This document shows, piece after piece, positions 19,401-27,446 of a DNA stretch of 52,207 bases; the stretch's first letter is position 1; each line of letters opens with the position of its first letter. The translations under genes were made by a program, and so were the position numbers. The DNA is from Clostridia bacterium (GTDB taxonomy: Bacteria > CBDUZB01 > JAGLHV01). Below the pieces are notes generated by a model that was given only the letters and a program-made list of their open reading frames with translations, made no database searches and was not told the origin of the DNA. The stretch lies in the NCBI GenBank assembly GCA_030637025.1, contig DAOVVV010000018.1, positions 1 to 52,207 on the forward strand. Direction: 5' to 3'.

Positions 19401-20071
19401 AAAAAATATCGGAAGGAGAGTTTGTATTACCTAAAGGAGTAAGTTATGTGTTTACAGGTAATTATGAAAATCAAATAAGGAGTGCAAAAAAATTAGCAGT
19501 TGTATTACCTCTTGCTTTGCTGCTTATTTTTCTTATATTGTATTTACAAGTTAAATCAGTAATAAGAACATTTATGGTTTTTTCAGGTATTGCTATAGCG
19601 TGGATAGGTGGATTTATAATGATATGGTTATATGGACAAGAATGGTTTCTTAATATATCGTTTTTTGGAATAAATATACGTGAACTTTTTAATATGCATA
19701 CAATAAATCTCAGTGTTGCTATATGGGTTGGATTTTTAGCCTTATTTGGTATAGCAACTGATGCAGGTGTTATTATTGCAACCTATTTAATGGATAGTTT
19801 TAAGGAAAAGAGTATAACTAACAAAGAACAGATACATAAACTAGTTATAGAAGCAGGTGTTAGAAGGATTAGGCCTTGCCTTATGACAATAGCAACAACA
19901 ATATTGGCTCTGCTTCCTATCCTTACATCAATTGGCAGGGGCTCAGATATAATGGTTCCGATGGCTATTCCATCGTTTGGTGGTATGATGCTGGTCATTT
20001 TAACAATGTTTATTGTTCCGGTACTTTATTCTATTATAGAAGAAAGAAAATTAAGTAGGTTATCAAAATGA
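16412..20071 (+). CDS. cusA: CusA-family heavy-metal RND efflux permease (Cu+/Ag+ type)
   Basis: [44 protein letters not shown]; Met-triad equivalents FMPTT, PVSMIET and [16 protein letters not shown]. The likely start is ATG 16412, not GTG 16340. Confidence 0.93.
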   Translation: [1219 protein letters not shown]

Positions 20072-20151
20072 AAAAAAAGTGTAAGGTATTATTAGGAATT
20101 TTAATTTTATTGGGTATTAGTGGTAATGTAATGGGGATGAATTGTCATTAA
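20068..20151 (+). pseudogene. Signal-peptide-only remnant (27 aa) of a gene coupled to cusA
   Basis: ATGA overlap with the cusA stop; MKKKCKVLLGILILLGISGNVMGMNCH*. Confidence 0.5.
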
Positions 20152-20172
20152 GGCATTGAAAGAAAAATATCT

Positions 20173-20256
20173 GATGGGAAAAACCTGGTCTTTTCAATGC
20201 GAAAACCCTTTGATACCATCATGGAATGCAAGAAACTTGGAAATTGGGGTGGATGA
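20173..20256 (+). pseudogene. C-terminal remnant of a large serine recombinase running into the tRNA-His 3' end
   Basis: DGKNLVFSMRKPFDTIMECKKLGNWGG*; resembles the DGK.L...RKPFD......W ending of tRNA-targeting serine integrases; its stop lies inside the tRNA on the opposite strand. Confidence 0.6.
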
Positions 20257-20321
20257 CGAGAGTTGAACTCGCGGCCTCTAGAACCACAATCTAGCGCTCT
20301 AACCAACTGAGCTACACCCAC
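20245..20321 (-). tRNA. tRNA-His (GTG)
   Basis: Cloverleaf GTGGGTG...CATCCAC-C-CCA; anticodon loop TT-GTG-GT; G-1 at 20322. Confidence 0.97.
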
Positions 20322-20352
20322 CACCGTAAAAATTTTATTTAAGCTTTTTATG

Positions 20353-20426
<74 letters not shown>

Positions 20427-20440
20427 AAATTTAAAATATC

Positions 20441-20517
20441 TGGTCGGGGCGCCCAGACTCGAACTGGGGGCCCCTTGCTCCCAAAGCAAGTGCGCTAGCC
20501 AACTGCGCTACGCCCCG
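20441..20517 (-). tRNA. tRNA-Pro (GGG)
   Basis: CGGGGCG...CGCCCCG-A-CCA; loop TT-GGG-AG. Confidence 0.96.
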
Positions 20518-20557
20518 AAATAATTAAACTCTAATTTGAGTTTATGAATGTTACACT

Positions 20558-20830
20558 GTGTCATAAATGGTCATAAACGCAGACAGACGAATCCGAAATC
20601 CTAATATCTAAATCCTAAACAAATTCAAAATCCAAAATACTAAATTCAAAACAAAAAAAATAACTGCCTTTTCCTTTAACTTTGTGCCTGTCTTTGTCTT
20701 TGACCAATTCAACAAATTTAAACCAATCTAAACCAATCTAAACCAATTCAACCGTCTTTTAATTGTCTTTATCTTTTATTTTTTAACCAATTGAAACCAA
20801 TAAAACCAACGCACCGTCTTTCAACTGTCT
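20558..20830. repeat. Composite periodic arrays (7-mer AAT(C/T)CnA; 9-10-mer AACCAATCTA)
   Basis: AATCCGA AATCCTA ATATCTA AATCCTA AACA AATTCAA AATCCAA AATACTA AATTCAA (20590-20652); repeated AAACCAATCT (20720-20750). Confidence 0.8.
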
Positions 20831-20831
20831 T

Positions 20832-21461
20832 TTATTTCTCTATCTCAAAGAGTATTGATTCTATCATTTTTTTTGCTGCTTGTAAAGCTTTTGCTCTGTG
20901 GCTTATTTTATTTTTTTCTTCTATGTTCATCTCTGCAAAAGTCTTTCCATATTCCGGGACAAAAAAAACAGGATCATATCCAAATCCTTTTTTGCCCCTG
21001 CATTCCCGGGTAATAAATCCTGAGCAGATTCCTTCCGCCAGATGAATTTCTTCTTCTAATTTATTAGTTATATAAACAGGTTTTACTATAGCAATAACAC
21101 ATTTAAATTGTGCTTTTCTTTTTTTCGAAGGTATTTCTTTTAAAAGGTGCAGCAATTTTTTATTGTTATCCTCGTAGGTTGCTTCCTCTCCGGCAAATCG
21201 GGCGGAATATATCCCAGGCTTTCCGTTAAGTGCTTCTACTTCTAATCCTGAATCATCGGCAAGAGCAATTTTTTTGGTAAATTGAGAAATTTCCAAAGCT
21301 TTTTTGATAGCATTTTCTTCTAATGTTTTACCATCTTCTTCTACCTGGGGAGCAGTAGGAAATTTATCAAGAGTTAAAAGATTTATAGATAAACCTCTAA
21401 GAATATTTTTTATTTCTTTTATTTTATCTTTATTTCTGGTAGCTAATATGATGTCGATCAT
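20832..21461 (-). CDS. rdgB: Non-canonical purine NTP pyrophosphatase (dITP/XTP)
   Basis: ATRNKDK, ADDSGLEV, PGIYSAR, GFGYDPVF, KNKISHR motifs. Confidence 0.96.
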   Translation of the reverse strand: MIDIILATRNKDKIKEIKNILRGLSINLLTLDKFPTAPQVEEDGKTLEENAIKKALEISQFTKKIALADDSGLEVEALNGKPGIYSARFAGEEATYEDNNKKLLHLLKEIPSKKRKAQFKCVIAIVKPVYITNKLEEEIHLAEGICSGFITRECRGKKGFGYDPVFFVPEYGKTFAEMNIEEKNKISHRAKALQAAKKMIESILFEIEK

Positions 21462-22189
21462 TTGTTTTTTTCTTTAGAACTAGGTAGTAGTTCTTTTTGT
21501 ATTTTAATTATCTCTTTGATGCCTATCTTAGCTAATTTTAGTGCTTTGTATAATTCTTCTTCACTAAAGTAAGCTTCTTCTCCTGCACCCTGTATTTCTA
21601 CATATTGCCCTGAATCAGTCATTGCTATGTTTATATCTACACTGGCCTTATAATCTTCTTCGTAACATAAATCAAGTAATAATCTATCGTTTATTTTTCC
21701 TACACTTGTAGCAGCTAAAAAATCTTTTACCGGCCATTCCTTGATTTTACCTTCCTTTTTTAATTTTTTTAGGGCCAGTACTACAGCGATAAAAGCACCG
21801 TTAATAGCAGTAGTTCTTGTTCCGCCATCTGCCTGAATTACATCACAATCAACAAGGATAGTTCTTTCTCCCAGTTTTTTTAAATCTATCACCGCTCTTA
21901 AAGCCCGGCCGATCAGACGTTGAATTTCATAAGTTCTGCCGCTTACTTTAAATCTTTCTCTTTCCTTGCGGCTGATAGTTGCCCGGGGCAGGAGCGCATA
22001 TTCGGCAGTAACCCATCCTGTTCCACACCCTTTTAGATGTGGCGGTACTTTTTCTACAACACTGGCATTACAAATTATACGGGTAGAACCTGCTTCAATT
22101 AATATCGAACCTTCTGCGTAACGGACATATTTTTCAGTGACTTTTAAAGGACGAATTTTGTTGTTTTGCCTGCCGTCTTTACGTGTCAT
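21458..22189 (-). CDS. rph: Ribonuclease PH
   Basis: GWVTAEYALLPRAT, GRTYEIQRLIGRALR, DCDVIQADGGTRT motifs. Confidence 0.97.
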   Translation of the reverse strand: MTRKDGRQNNKIRPLKVTEKYVRYAEGSILIEAGSTRIICNASVVEKVPPHLKGCGTGWVTAEYALLPRATISRKERERFKVSGRTYEIQRLIGRALRAVIDLKKLGERTILVDCDVIQADGGTRTTAINGAFIAVVLALKKLKKEGKIKEWPVKDFLAATSVGKINDRLLLDLCYEEDYKASVDINIAMTDSGQYVEIQGAGEEAYFSEEELYKALKLAKIGIKEIIKIQKELLPSSKEKNK

Positions 22190-24931
22190 TTAAGTGATTC
22201 TCCTTAAGTTATTTTCGATGCTTTGTTTTTTGTTTTTTATTTCTTTTATTTTGGTTTTTACTTTTTCGACTTCTTTTTCAGGGGCCTTTTTAATAAAATT
22301 TTCATTGGAGAGTTTTTGTGTTAATCTCTCTAATTCTTTATCTATTTTAGTCTGTTCTTTTTCTAATCTTTCTTTTTCCTTTTGTAAATCGATAATTCCC
22401 TCTGTCGGTATGGATATTTCTACTCCGGAATTAGTAAGACCTACTATTAACCCCTGTACTTTGGGTGTAGGTCCAATGGTTATTTTTTCTGCTTTGGTTA
22501 AGTTTTGGATAATAGACATTGTTTTATCCAAAATTTGCAGACTTGATTCATATTCCGGAAAAATATTTGTAATATCCAGATTAGGATTAATTTTCGCAGT
22601 GATAGGTATTCTTAATTCTCCCCTAATATTTCTTGTATAGTTGATTATTGTTTCAATAAATCCCATATGTTTACCTATTTGCGGGTCGATATCAAATTCA
22701 TTTTCTTCCGGCCATTCAGCTATCATAATGCTTTCACCTTTTTCCTGAGGAAGCATTTGCCATATTTCCTCAGTAATAAAAGGCATTATTGGGTGAAGTA
22801 ATCTTAATGTTCTTTCTAAAATAGTTATTAATATGGTAAGAGCAATTATTTTATCTTCCTCTGTTCCTGTGTAAAGTCTGGGTTTAACCATTTCCAGATA
22901 CCAATCACAGTAAGTATTCCAGATAAAAGCGTAAAGTTCTCTAGATCCTTCGCTTATTTTGTATTCTTTAAATGCTTTGTTTATTTGATGAACTAAAATG
23001 TCGTATTTATATAGTATCCATTGGTCCATTAAGTCTGTTTTTTTGTTTAGAATATCTTTTTGGTTTAAATGTTTTTTTACAGCTGATTTTATATCATCGC
23101 TTGAATTTTCAAAATTAGAAAGCACAAATCTTGCTGCATTCCAGATTTTGTTAGTAAAATTTCTTGCTGCCTGGAAGTTTTCATCTATAATCTGCATATC
23201 TCTTCCCATAATTGCGTCTTTGGCAAAAACAAAACGCAGGGCATCGGTATTATATTTTTTCATAATTTCTAATGGGTCAATTACATTTCCTAAAGATTTG
23301 CTCATTTTTTTCCCTTTTTTATCCCTGACAATCCCGTGAATATAAACATTACGAAAGGGTATCATTTCTTCAATTTTCTGCTCATCTTTAGGATTTAATA
23401 GTAGTCCCATCATTATCATTCTTGCTATCCATAGATAAATAATTTCGTGTCCGGTTACTAAGACAGCAGTAGGGTAATAGGTTTTTAGTTCTTCTGTCTT
23501 TTCCGGCCAACCAAGTGTTGAAAAGGGCCAGAGGGCAGAGGAAAACCATGTATCTAAAACATCTTCTTCCCGGGAAAGAGAGGTGTTTCCGCAGTTTGGA
23601 CATTGGGTGGGCGTTTCTACAGAAATGATAGGCGGACAGGTAGAAAGATTTTCATTATCCGGGTTTTCCTTTTGGGTACAATACCATACAGGGATACGAT
23701 GTCCCCACCAAATTTGGCGGCTGATACACCAGTCGTGTAAATTTTCTATCCAGTTTAAATAGGGTCCAGCCCAATGAGAAGGAACAAATTTTACCTGGCC
23801 GCTCTTTACTACATCCAGACACGGGGCAATAACATCTTTAACCCTGAGGTACCATTGCTCGGAGATTTGAGGTTCTATGGAAGAGTGACAACGATAACAG
23901 CAGCCAACGGAATGAAGATAGTCCTCTGTTTTTTCCAGTAGACTTTCTGATGTTAAATCCTGGATTACTTTTTTCCTGCATTCATAGCGTTCCATAAAAG
24001 CGTATTTTTCTGCTGATTCGGTCATTTTTCCTTCGGGACCGATAACAGTTATAAAGGGTAAATTGTGTCTTTTTGCTATCTCGTAATCATTAGGGTCATG
24101 AGCAGGAGTGATTTTTACTGCACCTGTCCCAAAAGAACTATCTACATATTTATCAGCAATGATGGGTATTTCTCTCTGCATTAAAGGTAGAATACAATTT
24201 TTTCCGATTAAATGTTTATATCTTTTGTCATCAGGATTGACTGCTACTGCCGTATCTCCTAACATTGTTTCCGGCCGGGTAGTAGCAACAGTGATATGAT
24301 CATCAGAGCAATTTTTTATAGGGTAATGAATGTGCCATAAATTCCCTTTTTGTTGGGGATATTCGACTTCTATATCGGAAAGGCTGGTTTGGCAACGGGG
24401 ACACCAGTTGACCATATATTTCCCACGGTAAATCATACCTTTTTTATAAAGGGTTACGAAAGCTTCTTTTACCGCATGGGAACAAACTTCATCCATAGTA
24501 AATCTTGTTCTTTCCCAATCGCAGGAACAGCCTAATTTTTTTAGCTGGTTTAGGATTGTATCCCCTGTTTCTTTTCGCCATTGCCATATTTTTTCTAAGA
24601 ATTTTTCTCTGCCTATTTTTTTTCGGGTAAGGCCTTCTTTCAGGAGTGATTTCTCCATTACATTTTGTGTGGCTATTCCTCCGTGGTCGGTTCCCGGCAG
24701 CCATAAGACATTTGCTCCTTCCATTCTTTTCCAGCGGATTAATATATCTTGAAGGGTATTGTTTAGAGCATGTCCCATATGTAGTGATCCGGTTACATTG
24801 GGTGGAGGTATAACAATAGTATATGATTTTTTGGAATTATCGGCTTGGTTATGAAAATAATTTTTTTCCTCCCAGAATCGATACCATTTTTCTTCTGTAA
24901 TTTGAGGGTTATAACGTGTAGAAATTTCCAC
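22190..24931 (-). CDS. valS: Valine--tRNA ligase
   Basis: PPPNVTGSLHMGH, DWCISRQIWWGH, KMSKS, C-terminal coiled coil; GTG start. Confidence 0.97.
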   Translation of the reverse strand: MEISTRYNPQITEEKWYRFWEEKNYFHNQADNSKKSYTIVIPPPNVTGSLHMGHALNNTLQDILIRWKRMEGANVLWLPGTDHGGIATQNVMEKSLLKEGLTRKKIGREKFLEKIWQWRKETGDTILNQLKKLGCSCDWERTRFTMDEVCSHAVKEAFVTLYKKGMIYRGKYMVNWCPRCQTSLSDIEVEYPQQKGNLWHIHYPIKNCSDDHITVATTRPETMLGDTAVAVNPDDKRYKHLIGKNCILPLMQREIPIIADKYVDSSFGTGAVKITPAHDPNDYEIAKRHNLPFITVIGPEGKMTESAEKYAFMERYECRKKVIQDLTSESLLEKTEDYLHSVGCCYRCHSSIEPQISEQWYLRVKDVIAPCLDVVKSGQVKFVPSHWAGPYLNWIENLHDWCISRQIWWGHRIPVWYCTQKENPDNENLSTCPPIISVETPTQCPNCGNTSLSREEDVLDTWFSSALWPFSTLGWPEKTEELKTYYPTAVLVTGHEIIYLWIARMIMMGLLLNPKDEQKIEEMIPFRNVYIHGIVRDKKGKKMSKSLGNVIDPLEIMKKYNTDALRFVFAKDAIMGRDMQIIDENFQAARNFTNKIWNAARFVLSNFENSSDDIKSAVKKHLNQKDILNKKTDLMDQWILYKYDILVHQINKAFKEYKISEGSRELYAFIWNTYCDWYLEMVKPRLYTGTEEDKIIALTILITILERTLRLLHPIMPFITEEIWQMLPQEKGESIMIAEWPEENEFDIDPQIGKHMGFIETIINYTRNIRGELRIPITAKINPNLDITNIFPEYESSLQILDKTMSIIQNLTKAEKITIGPTPKVQGLIVGLTNSGVEISIPTEGIIDLQKEKERLEKEQTKIDKELERLTQKLSNENFIKKAPEKEVEKVKTKIKEIKNKKQSIENNLRRIT

Positions 24932-25162
24932 AGAGGGTGTTCTCCTTGCTAATAGTTTTATTTAAAATAATGTATTGGATTATACAAAATTTTTATATTT
25001 AAATCAACCAAAATTTTGGCCCTAATCCTCCTGTTCTTTTTACTTTCTTCTTTACTCCTCTGAATCTTTTACTCTAATTTACTCTTTTTATTCCCTCTTT
25101 TCTTTCCTTTCCTTTCCTGTGTTTTTTGCAGTTTTGGGAATATTTTTGGGAATATTTTTTTC

Positions 25163-25191
25163 TTGACAGGAAAAAGAAAAAGTGTTAGATT
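25163..25191 (+). promoter_or_regulatory. Sigma70 promoter (extended -10)
   Basis: TTGACA-17-TAGATT with TG before the -10; preceded by a 12-bp-period direct repeat TTTTGGGAATAT x2. Confidence 0.65.
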
Positions 25192-25351
25192 AATGTGATA
25201 AAATAATTTTAAAGAAAAACCTTAAGTTTTCAAATGGAAAGGAGGGACTGTTTCAAAATTTGGTAAGGGTTTTGATTTTGTAGGAGATTTACAGAGCAAG
25301 CAGTAGGGTAGAGATTATACGGATTGAATTCAAACGATAAGGAGAAAAAAA

Positions 25352-27268
25352 ATGAACATAAGAAAAGGAATGGTCTTTTTAGTTCTTTTTAGTTTAATTA
25401 CAAGTGTATCTTTTGCTAATTTTAGTAGTGTTTCTGTAAGGCTTCAAGGTATTAATCCTGATTTAGCTGGAATAATGGTTGATGAATATACAGATGCCAT
25501 GGCTAATCCAGCAGATTTATTAGATATAGAAGGCTATCGTGTATTTACTAATATGTCTAATTTATACGGTGGAATGGACGGAGTAAATGTTGGCAATGAT
25601 AATGCCTTAAATGGAACAACTACCGGTGGCACAGGTGCATCGCAGTTTTTATTAGGAGCGTTTGGGAATCCTTTTTTAGGAAGTTTCCTGCCGGATACCC
25701 AGTTAGGGTTGCTTTATAATAACGGTTCTGCTTTAATTCCTCGATGGAATCATGATGGCAATTTAGGAGAGCAGTCTTATGAGGATACTTATCGGGTAGA
25801 TGTAGGTAATGATGGCAGTTATATCGATGTAGGGGATTGGACCCGGGTTTCTAGTGAAAGTACAAACAGATATAGAGAAGAATATGAAAGAAGTTTTAAT
25901 TTACTTTTCGCTCATCAGTTGAATCCTGATTTAAAGATAGGTATTGATATTGGTACCAGCAATCTTGATTTAGATGGAAATTGTTCTTCGGAAGAGACCA
26001 TCAAAGCCAGGGATTATCAATCAACTACAACTATTGCTCTTCCCGACAACACTGTTGTTACATACGAAGATAGTGTTTCAGCTAAAGAAACGTATACCAA
26101 TAGTGTATTGAATCTAGCTTTGGGCGGACGTTTCCAGGTTAATCCTGATTTGAATGTAGGAGCGAGGGTTAATATTATGCCTGTTTCTTTTGAATATGAA
26201 AGAGACGGAATGCCTGTTGTTACTGAAAGCTATCCGGTAGGTACAATTGGTGCAGATACGGTATATGAAACAGGTGTGGATCTTGGTTCCTTTCTTAATG
26301 GTCTGGGTGGATTCGTATCCAATGATTTTAATTGGAACGGTAACTTTTTGGGACAGACAACATTTTTTATGGATCCCAATGAAGTTGGTTCGCAAAAAGA
26401 GGATGGAACAGGTTTAGGTTTAGTCCTGGACAGCTATTATAATATTACCCCGGAAGTTACCTTGATGGGGGCGATTAAATATCAGAGTGTACCGCGGGAT
26501 ATGTCAGGTACTATTTCTGACCCGTATAGTTTAATTTGGACCGGTGATGCTGTTGATGGGGATAGAACGGTGGTAGCAGATAATAATATGGTTTTTGATT
26601 TTTCCGGGGATATAAAAGATTCTACCATTGGAGTAACCCTGGGAGGGGAAGCAAAATTAGTGGATAATGTTTTGCTTGGGTTTGGGCTTAATTACAGTTG
26701 CCGGACCGAAGAAATGAATGGGACCGCTGTTATTACAACGACTAATATTGACTCTTATGATGAGGATAATGATGGAAATGTAACCAATGATACAGATGAT
26801 CCTTTGGACTCTGATTATCAAACTACCCGTACGGATGTTGATACCGGTAGCCACAATAATGAAGTCAAAACCAATACCGTTCAGTTTCCTATTGGGTTAG
26901 AGATGAGACCCTGGAAAAAATTCGCGGTAAGATTGGGAGTAACCCATCAGATTCAAACGTTAAAGGAAACTACTACTCAATGTATGACCAGTGATGGGCG
27001 TTGGCACGAAGAAACAGTAGCCAATGGGCTTATTACTTCTAGTTTGGATGAAAATTTAGCTGGGGGTAAAACTACTTTCGATAAAACAGTAACAATAGAG
27101 GAAAACACTACCCGGTCAACAGAGTACTACTGTGGTATCGGATACGATTGGTCGGAGAATATCTCCTTTGATATTCTTGGTATTGCAGGGTTAGATACCG
27201 GTTGGGGGATTGGTAATAATCTCCTCAATATATCTAACTGGAGAATTGGCTGTACAATGAAGTTTTAA
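25352..27268 (+). CDS. Hypothetical outer-membrane beta-barrel protein
   Basis: SD AAGGAG; signal peptide ending SFA; N-terminal ANPADL motif; amphipathic strands; C-terminal Phe; acidic DxxNDG loops. Confidence 0.75.
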   Translation: MNIRKGMVFLVLFSLITSVSFANFSSVSVRLQGINPDLAGIMVDEYTDAMANPADLLDIEGYRVFTNMSNLYGGMDGVNVGNDNALNGTTTGGTGASQFLLGAFGNPFLGSFLPDTQLGLLYNNGSALIPRWNHDGNLGEQSYEDTYRVDVGNDGSYIDVGDWTRVSSESTNRYREEYERSFNLLFAHQLNPDLKIGIDIGTSNLDLDGNCSSEETIKARDYQSTTTIALPDNTVVTYEDSVSAKETYTNSVLNLALGGRFQVNPDLNVGARVNIMPVSFEYERDGMPVVTESYPVGTIGADTVYETGVDLGSFLNGLGGFVSNDFNWNGNFLGQTTFFMDPNEVGSQKEDGTGLGLVLDSYYNITPEVTLMGAIKYQSVPRDMSGTISDPYSLIWTGDAVDGDRTVVADNNMVFDFSGDIKDSTIGVTLGGEAKLVDNVLLGFGLNYSCRTEEMNGTAVITTTNIDSYDEDNDGNVTNDTDDPLDSDYQTTRTDVDTGSHNNEVKTNTVQFPIGLEMRPWKKFAVRLGVTHQIQTLKETTTQCMTSDGRWHEETVANGLITSSLDENLAGGKTTFDKTVTIEENTTRSTEYYCGIGYDWSENISFDILGIAGLDTGWGIGNNLLNISNWRIGCTMKF

Positions 27269-27312
27269 TAGTTCTCTTAATTTTTAAGTAGTTATGTCAG
27301 TACAGTAAGAAG

Positions 27313-27350
27313 AAACCCTTATCTTTTGAAAAGATGAGGGTTTTTTCTTT
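27313..27350 (+). terminator. Rho-independent terminator
   Basis: AAACCCTTATCTTTT-G-AAAAGATGAGGGTTT hairpin followed by a T-tract. Confidence 0.85.
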
Positions 27351-27355
27351 TCTCC

Positions 27356-27385
27356 TTGACAATGGTCTTTAAATTGTGGTATAAA
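27356..27385 (+). promoter_or_regulatory. Sigma70 promoter
   Basis: TTGACA-18-TATAAA with extended TGn. Confidence 0.55.
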
Positions 27386-27446
27386 ATGACTGATGAAGGT
27401 GTTAAATAATGCAAAATTTTTAAGGAAAAACAAGGAGAATAAATAA

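Larger units (their letters stand above)
11572..20252. mobile_element. Decayed genomic island integrated at the tRNA-His 3' end, carrying a heavy-metal efflux operon
   Basis: Direct repeat TTGGGGTGG at 11572-11580 and 20244-20252 (8 nt of it is the tRNA-His 3' terminus CCACCCCA); recombinase-like C-terminal remnant at the tRNA end; truncated genes inside. Confidence 0.6.

Noticed and set aside
24932-25160. T-box leader upstream of valS
   Set aside because: No AGGGTGGNACCGCG-like T-box sequence on the minus strand.
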